IMG/VR virus record: IMGVR_UViG_3300045988_163275
Span: 1 to 64,000 of that record
Source of the DNA: a virus
Taxonomy: Duplodnaviria > Heunggongvirae > Uroviricota > Caudoviricetes
Reading direction: 5' to 3' (one strand)
DNA length: 64,000 bases
The notes beneath the pieces were generated by a model that did no database searches, was not told the origin of the DNA, and saw nothing but the letters and a program-made list of their open reading frames with translations. The position numbers were made by a program, and so were the translations under genes. This document shows, piece after piece, positions 1-9,712 of the stretch (position 1 is its first letter; the number at the start of each line of letters is the position of its first letter).

Positions 1-2464
1 CATATGTATCCGTTGCCCTTCTGGCAAAAGCAGCCACATGCGCGGCGGTTAAAGTAATATCTTTTGAACCATCAAACTCAACCCCAGAAACCAGTCTTGG
101 CGTTTGCAGCTTTGTTGCTGTCAATGCGTTACCGTTCAGACTTGCAGACAGCTTGGTTCCAATAACCAGTTCGCCGGTTGCGTTATCAATAGCAAACGGT
201 CTTAATGTATTCCATCCACCATAAACATCACCTTGATTGGTAAGCAGCAGGTAAGTTTTAGCGCCATCATTACGCCATAATGCCCCATACTCCCCACCTA
301 TCATTCGAATCTGATTACCACCACGCGCTACAATTTCGTCTGTGGCAAAAAGTTTTTTGCACGACAAGTTATCGTTAACGATTAACGAATGAGACTCATA
401 AAAACCACGCCCACTCTTAAAATCAAGGATAACGTCCGCCGCGATACATTCAGTCGCTGGATTTGTTGCCCCAAACTTATAGGTCGTATCATTAACAACG
501 AGATCAGCACCAGGTGCGGATATTGACAGGCCATCTTCGATAAACGCAAAAACAGGGAAAGCAGCGCCATCAACATAGAACACAGAGCGCAAATCATCGC
601 CCTTATTACTCATCATTATTGAGTGGATGGCTCGTTCATTGTTTTGATATTGCCAGAACATTCCATAAGCATAACGCCCCCTGTCAGTCCAGCCACCAGG
701 CATAACAAATCCGTTAAACTCGCAGTTATTCATCGGATCGCCTGCGGTTCGCGTTGCCGTGGTGATAATGACCCTTGATGCCAGTTCGCTTACTGAGCCA
801 GCAGAACGCATAACAACAACAGGGTAATATTTTCCAGATGTTGCACCTGCAGGAGCGTTAACCCGCACATAACGCATACCACGCTTATCAGCAAAGTCTG
901 TTTTACTGACCGCGTTAATGTTGTTCAGGAAGCGTCCCTTATCGGGTATATCAGCGCCGTTCTGGTCTTTCTGCAGACGTTTCTCTGCATTGTCATAGGC
1001 TGATTTTACTGCCTTTGGCGTTGTCGCCAGCGTTTCAGACGTACTGTTGGTCGCACTGCTGAGCTGTACTATCCCCTTTTTCGTCGTACTTGCATCCTCA
1101 AGCGCCACGGCGGATGCAATATCCTCTGCCCGTTTTGCCGCTGTCTCAGAGCGTGTTGCCGCGGATTCTGCCGCATTTTTGCTCTGCGCAGCCGCCGTCG
1201 CACTGTCTGCCGCTTCCGTCGCCTTCGTTGATGCCGTTGTCGCACTCTCTGCTGCCGCTGACGCCTGGCGAGCGGCCTCATCTTTTGAAGATGACGCCGA
1301 GGAAGCTGAAACAGAGGCAGAGCTTGCAGATTCGGCTGCTGTCTCCTTAGAAGCAGCGGCATTGTCTTCTGAAGTCTTTGCATTGGTTTCAGAAGATTTT
1401 GCCGCCTCTGCTGACTTTTCCGCAGCTGTTGCCTGTTCCGTCGCCTCTGTCGCTTTAGCGGTGGCATTTGCCGCAGATAACGAAGCGCTTTCCGCAGACT
1501 TTTCTGCCGACGTTGCACTTGATGAAGCACTATCCGCGCTTATTGAGGCCGCGCTCGCTGACGTTTCTGCCACAGATTTAGAACTGTTTGCAGACAATGC
1601 ACTCTGTTCGGCAGCAGCTTCAGACGCTTTTGCGTTTGTCTCTGATGCTTTTGCTGCCTTACATGAATTTGCAGCTTCTGTAGCTGATGATGCTGCCGCG
1701 TTTGCACTCGATGAAGCGTTAGTCTCTGATAATTTAGCCGCATCCTTAGATGCAGAGGCACTGGACGCTGATGTGGCTGCCTCCGATGCTTTAGTCGACG
1801 CCACAGATGCTGATTTTGCTGCCGCTTCTTTTGCCGCTTCTGCGTTTGTTTCAGATTTTTCCGCAGCAGCTGCACTCTCACTCGCCGCACTTTGTGAAGA
1901 TACCGCAGCGGATGCACTTTGAGATGCCTGAGAGGCTTTTTCTACAGCAGTGTTGGCACTTTCTGCCGCAGCGACAGCACTGGCCGCCGCCTCCCGAGCT
2001 TTGTCTCCAGCGGCCTCAATCGCATCGGTGTTATTTTTATACCACTCAACGTTTTCGTTATGCTCGTTGACGATCTGCATTAGCGGCTTAACGGTCACTT
2101 CTGTACCGTCTTCACGCTCGATTGTCACATCATCCAGAGCGGTCAACCAACTGCGCATGGACTTGGAATCAGCCGACATACGCGACATTAGTGCAGTAAA
2201 GCGCGCACTAAACTGAGTTAAGTCGCCTTCATAGGTCGTAATGATTCGGCACGGAACTTTAGATTGAGTTTCGCCGGTATAAGGTTCTGAGAGGACAATG
2301 ACCGTATCACTGGTTACGCGCTTGACCTCATACAACTTATTGTCAGGACCAATGACAATCATGCCCGGTAACACGCCGTTTTCGGTCAAATTCCAACGTG
2401 TTCCGATGCCTGATATTGTGTCGCTTCCTTTTGTAAATGTAACAGTACCTTCCCTGTACCACAT
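1..2464 (-). CDS. side tail fiber protein (partial; C-terminal end runs off the window start)
   Basis: Absent from ORF track because it has no stop in the window. Minus-strand translation from ATG at 2464 (RBS AAGGAG) gives MWYREGTVTF..., a long Ala/Ser/Glu-rich repeat shaft, the fiber motif KKGIVQLSSATNSTSETLATTPKAVK and a distal LTATKLQTPRLVSGVEFDGSKDITL segment. Confidence 0.8.
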   Translation of the reverse strand, partial: MWYREGTVTFTKGSDTISGIGTRWNLTENGVLPGMIVIGPDNKLYEVKRVTSDTVIVLSEPYTGETQSKVPCRIITTYEGDLTQFSARFTALMSRMSADSKSMRSWLTALDDVTIEREDGTEVTVKPLMQIVNEHNENVEWYKNNTDAIEAAGDKAREAAASAVAAAESANTAVEKASQASQSASAAVSSQSAASESAAAAEKSETNAEAAKEAAAKSASVASTKASEAATSASSASASKDAAKLSETNASSSANAAASSATEAANSCKAAKASETNAKASEAAAEQSALSANSSKSVAETSASAASISADSASSSATSAEKSAESASLSAANATAKATEATEQATAAEKSAEAAKSSETNAKTSEDNAAASKETAAESASSASVSASSASSSKDEAARQASAAAESATTASTKATEAADSATAAAQSKNAAESAATRSETAAKRAEDIASAVALEDASTTKKGIVQLSSATNSTSETLATTPKAVKSAYDNAEKRLQKDQNGADIPDKGRFLNNINAVSKTDFADKRGMRYVRVNAPAGATSGKYYPVVVMRSAGSVSELASRVIITTATRTAGDPMNNCEFNGFVMPGGWTDRGRYAYGMFWQYQNNERAIHSIMMSNKGDDLRSVFYVDGAAFPVFAFIEDGLSISAPGADLVVNDTTYKFGATNPATECIAADVILDFKSGRGFYESHSLIVNDNLSCKKLFATDEIVARGGNQIRMIGGEYGALWRNDGAKTYLLLTNQGDVYGGWNTLRPFAIDNATGELVIGTKLSASLNGNALTATKLQTPRLVSGVEFDGSKDITLTAAHVAAFARRATDTY

Positions 2465-2508
2465 GTTCTTTTTCACTCCTTGAAGTGTGGGCGTCCTTGC
2501 CCACACAA

Positions 2509-2529
2509 ATAGGTATATACTTACTTATT
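2509..2529. repeat. TAAGTA-type AT-rich palindrome (family copy)
   Basis: ataggtatatacttacttatt; between J stop and stf start, followed by a GC hairpin. Confidence 0.5.
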
Positions 2530-2599
2530 ATCCATGATACAAAATCCTTTTGCACTAAGAAAACACGCTATATACATTGCTGCTCATTATTCCTATCAA

Positions 2600-5500
2600 T
2601 TAACTGATGCCCGACATGGAAAATGCGCCACTTCCACGGCTGATTAGCATCACGGGCGAATAAATATGTGTCTGTGATGAACTGGTCACTTTTACCGTAA
2701 CAGCAACAGTTCTTGAGGTAACATTGTTAAAAGCAGCGTAAAGAGTGCCACCGACGCCTGTAGAACTTGTCGAATTAAGATCAGGGTCTCTGTATGTTGT
2801 CCCCTTACCAGTGGTTGCGGTCTTCGTCACTCCATTGCAGGTAAATTGGGCTGCAACAGGGCCGACGCCCCCCGTATATACATTTATTGCCACATAAATA
2901 TTTTTGGGCAATGCAGACGAAGAAGAGTCTGTATATGTCATTGTATATGTGCCGTTGTAACGAACTGAGAAGTCATTGCCCACATACATGTTAGCGACAT
3001 CGCCTACGAAGTGATCTGCTTGTACCGTGCCTCTGAATGTTCCGCTGGTAGCCTGTATTTCTCCTGTGAATTTGCCATTTGTTGCGTAAACGGTGCCTCT
3101 AACAGTTACATTGTTAAACTCTGAGTTCCCGTTTTTATTAATATGCCACCCCGTCATCCCGCTTGAGTAATCGTTGGACTGAATGAAGTTGCCTATTTTG
3201 GCGTTATCAATGGTGCCGTTCTTGATATAAGCTCCGTTCATATAAGCCACACCGGCATCAATAACGAATGGCGTTGTAATTTTCCCATTAACGGAGTTCA
3301 CCAAACCAAAGCGATCTGCCTGCACCAAAAACTGCGATAGACCTGTTGTGTCGATGCCCAACGCTATGCCGGCAACATATTTTTGGCCTCCGCTGGTGGA
3401 GGTTTCCATTTTCAGCGTCCAGGCTGTTGATACCTTCTTGTTCGTATCAGCAATAGCTGTGGCCTGTTGTTGAATTGTTGCTGTATTTCCATCTACTGAT
3501 GCTTTTAAGGTGTCAACTCTCCCACTTAGTGCATTGTCGGCGCTTGTACGCGCAGTCGCTTCAGATGTAATCGCAGCATGAATATCTTTGCTCGTTTGAG
3601 CCTGTAGATTAGTGATATTAGAAGCCAAAGCGGAATCAGCATCAGTTCTGGCTTTCGTCTCTTCAGCTACAGCCGCCTTAATATCCTTGCCCGTTTGACT
3701 CTTCAATGTAGTTATCTGTTGTGCCAAAGATTCGTCGGCAGTTGCTCGGGCGTTTTTTTCTTCAGATATAGCGGCACTAATATCGCCTTCAACTTTGGCT
3801 TGTAACGATAGGACTTCTTTTGAAAGTGCTTCATCGGCACTGGCTCGCGCCTCTTGTTCACTCACAATTGCGGCAGAAATGTCATCGTTAATCTTTGATT
3901 CAAGTTTGGTGATTCTGCTTCCAATAGCATTATCCGCATCTACACGAGCCGTAGTCTCTTCAGTGATTGAAGCTCTGATATCCTCATTTATTTCAGCTCT
4001 AATCTCTTCCATTTTCGTAGCCATTGCGGACATATCATCTGCAAAAGCCTTCTGAGTTGTGGCGATCCTGGCATTGCTCACCATCTGTTTGTGCTGGTCT
4101 TCATCCTGACGCAAAGCTAAATCGATGTTTGTTTTAGCCAATGCCTCAATGTTTGTCGTCACTTCGGCACTGGAGTGCTCGACTTCAGCCACGGTTTTTT
4201 TCATCTCTTCAATGGTGGCCAAACTGCTATCTACAGTTGACTTCATTGCCTCGATTTCTTTCGCGTTCGCCAAGTCGCCTTCGACTCGTGCCTCACGTTC
4301 CTCCGCAACTAAAGCCGATGAATTGTCCAGTGCTGCATTCGCGGCCTCAACCGCTCCAGCAACGGCCTTGTCCTGCTCTGAAACAGTTTCCTTCAACTGA
4401 ATTAATGCGGCATTTGAGTTTTCAACCTCCTTAAGAGCCTCTTCCACCTTGCTGGCAGTATTAGAAACTTCCGTTCTAAGAACGTTTTGGGCTTCTTCAA
4501 TCCGTTGATCGGTCTCAGTAAATTTGTCATCAAGGCTTTTCAGGCTTTCTTCCATCTGCTTGTTGATTACGTCGACGGCTTCCTGCGAGGCTTTGGTGTC
4601 GATTTCCTCAAGCAGTTCCTGCCCCAATTCCGAAGAAGTGATCTTCCCGGTCAGGAAAGACAGAACATCTTTCGTCATCGCCTCAGTGCCTAAATTGGAG
4701 TTAGGCTGGCTCAACATTCCGCGTTTGTTTGCTGCACGAACCCAATAGAACCAAGTTTCGCTATCTCCAAGACCTGCGTGCGTAAAGGTGGTACTGGCTG
4801 CTTCGGCAATTAGTTTTGCAGTGTCCAGGTTGTTGGTCCGGGATGCATACACGTTGATGTGATCGAGGTCGATTGAGTCCGGGTTAACCCAATTCAGAAT
4901 CACGTTGCGGTAGTCGCCCACGGCCGTCAGTGCAGTCGGTGCATCCGGCGGCGTCATCGTCCCCTGAACTTTGTAGACGGTGCTGATAATTTCTGTTTTT
5001 TTACCGTTGAATGAAACCGCATACAGTTGGAAGTCGTAGCGTCCATTCTCCGCGACATTAACGATTTCGTATTGCTCTTCGGTTACACGCGCCGATTGCC
5101 AGTTCGATACATTGTTTGCATCAGAACGTCGCCAACTGATCCAATACTCTGGAGATTTCCCTTCCCATGTTGCAGTCAGTTTTACTGACAGGTTGCCCGG
5201 GCTTGAGAGATAAGTCCCTTCAGTGATTTGCAAATTAGACGGCTTGGAGTAAGTCGGGTCCAATACCGTCGTATTCTGCGGGATAAGCGTTGCACCATTG
5301 TCGATCGCCTCATATTTAGACGGATTGTTTTCAACAGCGGTGATGTCAAAGCTACCCGACGTTTCCCCCTGAGCGATGTTAACGATGCGAACGCGCATAG
5401 GTTCGAGATCTGGTTCTGTAATTGTCCAGACACCGTTCAAAACAGGCGTTTCCGCTGACGACAGGGCTTTTGAAAACGTAACTTTTGTTATATTTTCGCC

Positions 5501-7180
5501 AGTTTCAAGAACATCGCGTTCAACGATTTTGCCTTCCTGATTCAGTATTCGAATAAAGCAGCCGCCTTTGGCTAACGACACAGGCGCATCGAGTGTGACG
5601 CTGTTTTTGGTAAACGCCACAATTCGACCTGAGTTACGTTTGCCTGCGCGATATTTGTTCTGAATCAGAACGGTTTCACCAGGCATCAAAAATGACGCGT
5701 CTAAGCCGGCAGTAAATGTAATTACATCCGACTCCATTCTGGCGGTATATAAAAGCCACAAACCAACTCGGTGAGCCTGCCCTCGGCTTGTACAGCCAAA
5801 TGCTACGACTTCTGTCTTACGCTCACCATAACGGCGCATTGCGTCCTGATCTTCAACGTACTCGATGTTTTGCTTATAACCGTCCTCCTTGTTGTTGTAG
5901 GTTACGAGCGCAACGGATGGGCGATCTTTACGCGCAGAACCTTTATAGGTAAACAATCCATCTTTGACGTTAGAGTTGGTAAACATCATTACCGGATCTG
6001 ATGGGCTATCCTGCATGATGTTAACCATCCCACCAGCCCAAAACACCATGCCGCGGAATGCTCCAGCAATATCCTGAATTAGCCGGTATGCGTCCTGTCG
6101 ACTGGTGATCTGCGTATTGATTGCAAAGCGTTTCTCTTTGCCACCAAAGCCATCATCGACCTCTTCGTCACAATATCGACCAATCTGGTACAACTGGCCA
6201 AGGTCAATCATAGATTCCGACACATACTGACCAAGGCCATATCGAGCATTGGTCAGCAAATCAAAGAGAATCCACGCAGGGTTTGAAGAAGACAACAGCT
6301 TAAAAGTACCGTCCCATACGCCGACATAAGTATTGGTGTATTCGTTGTAGTTTGACGGTACTCGGATTTTGATACCGCGCACCAAATACGAACGGGAAGG
6401 CATTGTGCTACCAAACTGCTCTGAATTGACCTTCAAGCCAACAAGAGCAGAGTTAGGGTAGTTCATTGGCGTGTCGACAATTTCCCCGATGGAATCCACC
6501 CATGTATCGTTATAGAGATACTGAGTTTTGCTGTCGTCGGTTAGACGTATGACACGAACCTTATATGCACGGCCAGGTTTCGGCAGTTTGAGTTCATAGC
6601 TGCGGTAGTAAACACCTGTCTTCTTCGCTGTCAGTGCAATTTCAACGTCTTTCTCACCTTCAGCAACGACATCGGCAAATGTTCCATCGCCATTGGCAAT
6701 CTGGAACTTGTATTTGACTGTTGTACCGTTGGTGTCGCCGGATTTCTTATCCACGGAACGTAGAGAGGGGAATTTGAGAATGAGTCGAACGCGGTCAGCT
6801 TCATCGTTATCGATGGAGACCGTGACATCATGCGTCTTTTTCAACTGAATGTTGATGGACTTCGGCGTCTCGACGAAATCAAAACCGGCCATAGGCGTCT
6901 GATCTTGCGAACCATCGCGAAAATCCCATGTAATACCGCTGTAGTTTGCAGAGCCGTCTTCATTGAGGATCGGCAGGTCGTCGATAAAAATCGACTTTGC
7001 TCCGTCGACAAGACCGCCAATAGCGCCTTCCCCGAGCAAGTCGAGGATGGACGCCATAGCACGCGAGTTAACGGTATCATCGGCTTCAACCGGCGTGCGG
7101 CTGGAGCTGCTGCTTTTCTTGCCGCCTGCACCTGCGATCAGGAGAGGCAGTCTTTTCTTCTTGAACTGTTCCATGTTCAA
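2600..7180 (-). CDS. host specificity / central tail fiber protein (lambda J-like)
   Basis: 1526-aa ORF directly after I/K/L/M-like genes in lambda order; coiled-coil Ala-rich repeats in the C-terminal half and a distinct C-terminal domain. Confidence 0.85.
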   Translation of the reverse strand: MNMEQFKKKRLPLLIAGAGGKKSSSSSRTPVEADDTVNSRAMASILDLLGEGAIGGLVDGAKSIFIDDLPILNEDGSANYSGITWDFRDGSQDQTPMAGFDFVETPKSINIQLKKTHDVTVSIDNDEADRVRLILKFPSLRSVDKKSGDTNGTTVKYKFQIANGDGTFADVVAEGEKDVEIALTAKKTGVYYRSYELKLPKPGRAYKVRVIRLTDDSKTQYLYNDTWVDSIGEIVDTPMNYPNSALVGLKVNSEQFGSTMPSRSYLVRGIKIRVPSNYNEYTNTYVGVWDGTFKLLSSSNPAWILFDLLTNARYGLGQYVSESMIDLGQLYQIGRYCDEEVDDGFGGKEKRFAINTQITSRQDAYRLIQDIAGAFRGMVFWAGGMVNIMQDSPSDPVMMFTNSNVKDGLFTYKGSARKDRPSVALVTYNNKEDGYKQNIEYVEDQDAMRRYGERKTEVVAFGCTSRGQAHRVGLWLLYTARMESDVITFTAGLDASFLMPGETVLIQNKYRAGKRNSGRIVAFTKNSVTLDAPVSLAKGGCFIRILNQEGKIVERDVLETGENITKVTFSKALSSAETPVLNGVWTITEPDLEPMRVRIVNIAQGETSGSFDITAVENNPSKYEAIDNGATLIPQNTTVLDPTYSKPSNLQITEGTYLSSPGNLSVKLTATWEGKSPEYWISWRRSDANNVSNWQSARVTEEQYEIVNVAENGRYDFQLYAVSFNGKKTEIISTVYKVQGTMTPPDAPTALTAVGDYRNVILNWVNPDSIDLDHINVYASRTNNLDTAKLIAEAASTTFTHAGLGDSETWFYWVRAANKRGMLSQPNSNLGTEAMTKDVLSFLTGKITSSELGQELLEEIDTKASQEAVDVINKQMEESLKSLDDKFTETDQRIEEAQNVLRTEVSNTASKVEEALKEVENSNAALIQLKETVSEQDKAVAGAVEAANAALDNSSALVAEEREARVEGDLANAKEIEAMKSTVDSSLATIEEMKKTVAEVEHSSAEVTTNIEALAKTNIDLALRQDEDQHKQMVSNARIATTQKAFADDMSAMATKMEEIRAEINEDIRASITEETTARVDADNAIGSRITKLESKINDDISAAIVSEQEARASADEALSKEVLSLQAKVEGDISAAISEEKNARATADESLAQQITTLKSQTGKDIKAAVAEETKARTDADSALASNITNLQAQTSKDIHAAITSEATARTSADNALSGRVDTLKASVDGNTATIQQQATAIADTNKKVSTAWTLKMETSTSGGQKYVAGIALGIDTTGLSQFLVQADRFGLVNSVNGKITTPFVIDAGVAYMNGAYIKNGTIDNAKIGNFIQSNDYSSGMTGWHINKNGNSEFNNVTVRGTVYATNGKFTGEIQATSGTFRGTVQADHFVGDVANMYVGNDFSVRYNGTYTMTYTDSSSSALPKNIYVAINVYTGGVGPVAAQFTCNGVTKTATTGKGTTYRDPDLNSTSSTGVGGTLYAAFNNVTSRTVAVTVKVTSSSQTHIYSPVMLISRGSGAFSMSGIS

Positions 7181-7326
7181 AAAATCCTTATTACATAAGC
7201 TGGTCGATGGTGATAGAAGAACTCACAACCTGCGAGCCAACCAAAATTTCCTCTCCATAGATCAGCTGCACCGGGTTTCCTTGGTTAGTGGTGTTCTGCG
7301 GCCCATCGAAATAGAACGAGTCGGAG

Positions 7327-7776
7327 TTATCTGCCTGTCTCGTTAGTGGCTTGCGGAGATATGATTTGCGCTATACCGCCCATCATCAGTGACAAACCGA
7401 GAGGTGCTAAAGCAGGCATCATTACCGCCGATACAACCAACAAAGCGGCTCCTACTACCGTCTGAAACCACCCAAAAGCAGAACCGCCGCTTCCTCGCGG
7501 AACAGGGGTAATGCGGATTTTGGCTATGTTGTCAGACTGCCCCATCATCTGATATTCACTCTCGTCCACAGACCACTTGTAGCCCTGTTTATTGGTGATC
7601 TGGATGTGGTATTTGTCGTAGGTTTTGAGATTTCGCTTCATCCAGGCTTTGAATCCGGGGCGATTAGCCTCAATCAAATCCAGAGCCTGCTTGGTGTTGC
7701 GAACTTTCAAATGCCAATGACGACCAAAATGTTTGGCCATAGGGCCGCCAAGTTGCACATGAACTAACTCAGACAC
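7327..7776 (-). CDS. tail assembly protein (lambda I-like)
   Basis: 149 aa; hydrophobic Gly/Ala-rich C-terminus (GGSAFGWFQTVVGAALLVVSAVMMPALAPLGL); sits between K-like and J-like genes. Confidence 0.65.
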   Translation of the reverse strand: MSELVHVQLGGPMAKHFGRHWHLKVRNTKQALDLIEANRPGFKAWMKRNLKTYDKYHIQITNKQGYKWSVDESEYQMMGQSDNIAKIRITPVPRGSGGSAFGWFQTVVGAALLVVSAVMMPALAPLGLSLMMGGIAQIISPQATNETGR

Positions 7777-8588
7777 TTTTCATCTCCCTTGAGTAAGTCT
7801 CTGTGACGCAGATGGTGCGTCGTATGTTTCTGGTACATGCCGCCGTAATAAGCGCGACAACTCAGGCGGTCGATTTGGTGATGCAGGATCATGCCGTCTC
7901 CGATATACACCGCGCAGTGATCAGGCATTTTCCCGTACTGGATGAAGAAGACATCGCCGCGCTGCGGCTCCGTCCCTGGCGCAAGACGCACAAGCCCTTC
8001 ATTTCGATAGTTATGGTCGAGAATGTCATCATCACCCGTGTACCATGACGGAATATGCAGATGCGCATTCGGGTTCAGCTCGACACCAAACTCTCGTTTC
8101 AGATAGTCGCGACAAAGCATCCAGCAGTCGAAGACGCCGAACACATAGGGTCGGCCCAGATAAGGCATCTCAAAGCCGTCTGGGGTGATCACATTCATTT
8201 CACTGAAGTGAAATGGCGCATCGCCCTCGATGTTCTTGCGAACAGCCAGAATCAGCCACGGAACTTCCGTTGCCTCACATCCGGCGCGGTCGGCGTCTGA
8301 CGCATCAGCAGATTCGTCAGTATGGGAGTGCCAGATGGCAACCACGTCTCCCGCATCTTCCGCAGCGATAATGTCGTCAGCGTGCATAACAAACGTGTTT
8401 TCCGGGTACTCCGACACGTTCCGGGCTTCAATGAAGCGATATTTCTCGCCAGTGGTACGCACCAGAAAGCCACACGCTTCGTTCGGGTAGCGTTTGATGG
8501 CTGTCAGATAGATTTGTTGCATAACGTCCGAGCCAAGCTCAGGGAGCACTTTATTACCCATAACGTGTTGCCCCAATGAACCCGCCAA
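7764..8588 (-). CDS. tail tip assembly protein (lambda K-like; MPN/JAB + NlpC/P60)
   Basis: JAB/MPN-like motif (EACGFL...HSHTDE) followed by NlpC/P60-type Cys context (FDCWMLCRDY); position after L-like gene. Confidence 0.85.
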   Translation of the reverse strand: MAGSLGQHVMGNKVLPELGSDVMQQIYLTAIKRYPNEACGFLVRTTGEKYRFIEARNVSEYPENTFVMHADDIIAAEDAGDVVAIWHSHTDESADASDADRAGCEATEVPWLILAVRKNIEGDAPFHFSEMNVITPDGFEMPYLGRPYVFGVFDCWMLCRDYLKREFGVELNPNAHLHIPSWYTGDDDILDHNYRNEGLVRLAPGTEPQRGDVFFIQYGKMPDHCAVYIGDGMILHHQIDRLSCRAYYGGMYQKHTTHHLRHRDLLKGDEKCLS

Positions 8589-9252
8589 AGTGGATTACGC
8601 CATTGGCAAAGTAGTTGCGCCGTGCGTTGCATGAGTCGTAGCGTTTCGTGCAGTAATCCGCGCCTGACATGGTGGTTTGCTGGTTGTTTTTGTCGAAATA
8701 TGGGCCGGTGTAGCCGCACTCTGGGCCGCGGTATTTCCACGGGCAGGTGTTTTTGATGATCTGGCGGTACGGCAGCTGCACGCCCATCAGATCGAACACA
8801 CTCGACAGCTCAAACTCGACGACCTCATGGGTTTCGAGAGTCTTCTGTTCGATGAACCACATCTCATCCGGGAAGTGCTGATTTGGATCTGCGGTTGGAT
8901 TCCCGTCTTTGAAGTTGGCCTCGTCGAGAAAACGCGCCAGTGTCATCTTGCGGATGATGCGGCAACCTACCAGATCGTCGTTTGCCTGAACTTCAGCGGA
9001 GACAGTTCCGGCAAAGTTGGAGACCTGGATTTTTGGACGAGGCAAAGTACCCTGACCAGTCTTATCAAAGCCTGACGCTTTGATTGGCCACGGTTCGTAG
9101 GACACGCCTTGCCAAACAACCGGCTCCATCAGTTCGTTTGTACCAGCGTGGAAATATAGCTTGCCTCCAGAGGTGGTGTTCGACATATCAAGTTCGAACA
9201 GTTCAATGAGCGCGGAGGGCGACAAGCTCTGAATATCAGCTTTAATACCCAT
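8554..9252 (-). CDS. minor tail protein (lambda L-like)
   Basis: Conserved C-terminal Cys cluster (CPWKYRGPECGYTG ... CTKRYDSCNARRNYF); start moved to Met12 of the track ORF, which has RBS AAGGAAG and lies downstream of a terminator hairpin. Confidence 0.8.
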   Translation of the reverse strand: MGIKADIQSLSPSALIELFELDMSNTTSGGKLYFHAGTNELMEPVVWQGVSYEPWPIKASGFDKTGQGTLPRPKIQVSNFAGTVSAEVQANDDLVGCRIIRKMTLARFLDEANFKDGNPTADPNQHFPDEMWFIEQKTLETHEVVEFELSSVFDLMGVQLPYRQIIKNTCPWKYRGPECGYTGPYFDKNNQQTTMSGADYCTKRYDSCNARRNYFANGVIHFGGFIGATRYG

Positions 9253-9269
9253 TGTTTCTTCCTTGAAAT

Positions 9270-9298
9270 AAAAAGGCGCCAACATCCTGTCAGCGCCA
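9270..9298 (-). terminator. terminator/attenuator hairpin between M-like and L-like genes
   Basis: Minus strand GTGGCGCTGACAGGATGTTGGCGCC followed by TTTTT, then RBS of L. Confidence 0.55.
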
Positions 9299-9309
9299 CA
9301 ATGATAGTA

Positions 9310-9328
9310 AATTAGTACTTACTTATCC
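9310..9328. repeat. TAAGTA-type palindrome
   Basis: aattagtacttacttatcc; between M and L, directly before the terminator hairpin. Confidence 0.5.
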
Positions 9329-9334
9329 AGATAC

Positions 9335-9670
9335 TTAAGCCTCAAATACTTGTCTGAATGTAGCAGTTAAGACACAGTACCCCTGATATCGCTTGACCGT
9401 ATGACTGTCACATACAACTACAATCTGCTTGCCTCTTGGATTAACCCAATAGAACGATTCAACGCCTGATCGCTCAGTCAGGAAGTCATCGATTGCATTA
9501 ATTTCGTTGTATGATCTGGTAAAGGTTAACGACCATTCTTCTTTAATACGATTAAGACCTTGAGCCTGTCGCTGCTCGTAGTCATCACCAAAATTAAGTA
9601 CCGTTACATTCGGTTTTACGCTTTTTTCAGATTCGTAATCTGGATACCAATTAAACGTTTGTCTTTCCAT
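9335..9670 (-). CDS. minor tail protein (lambda M-like)
   Basis: 111 aa ORF immediately downstream of the tape measure gene, as in lambda. Confidence 0.7.
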   Translation of the reverse strand: MERQTFNWYPDYESEKSVKPNVTVLNFGDDYEQRQAQGLNRIKEEWSLTFTRSYNEINAIDDFLTERSGVESFYWVNPRGKQIVVVCDSHTVKRYQGYCVLTATFRQVFEA

Positions 9671-9712
9671 CTCACATCCTTGTGAGACTGCCCCGGTCGG
9701 GGCAGTCGATAG

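Noticed and set aside
1047-1922. 291-aa Ala-rich plus-strand ORF, with minus-strand ORFs 1069..1530 and 1540..1917
   Set aside because: Low-complexity translations of the wrong strand or frame of the side tail fiber gene, whose true frame is open from 2464 to beyond position 1.
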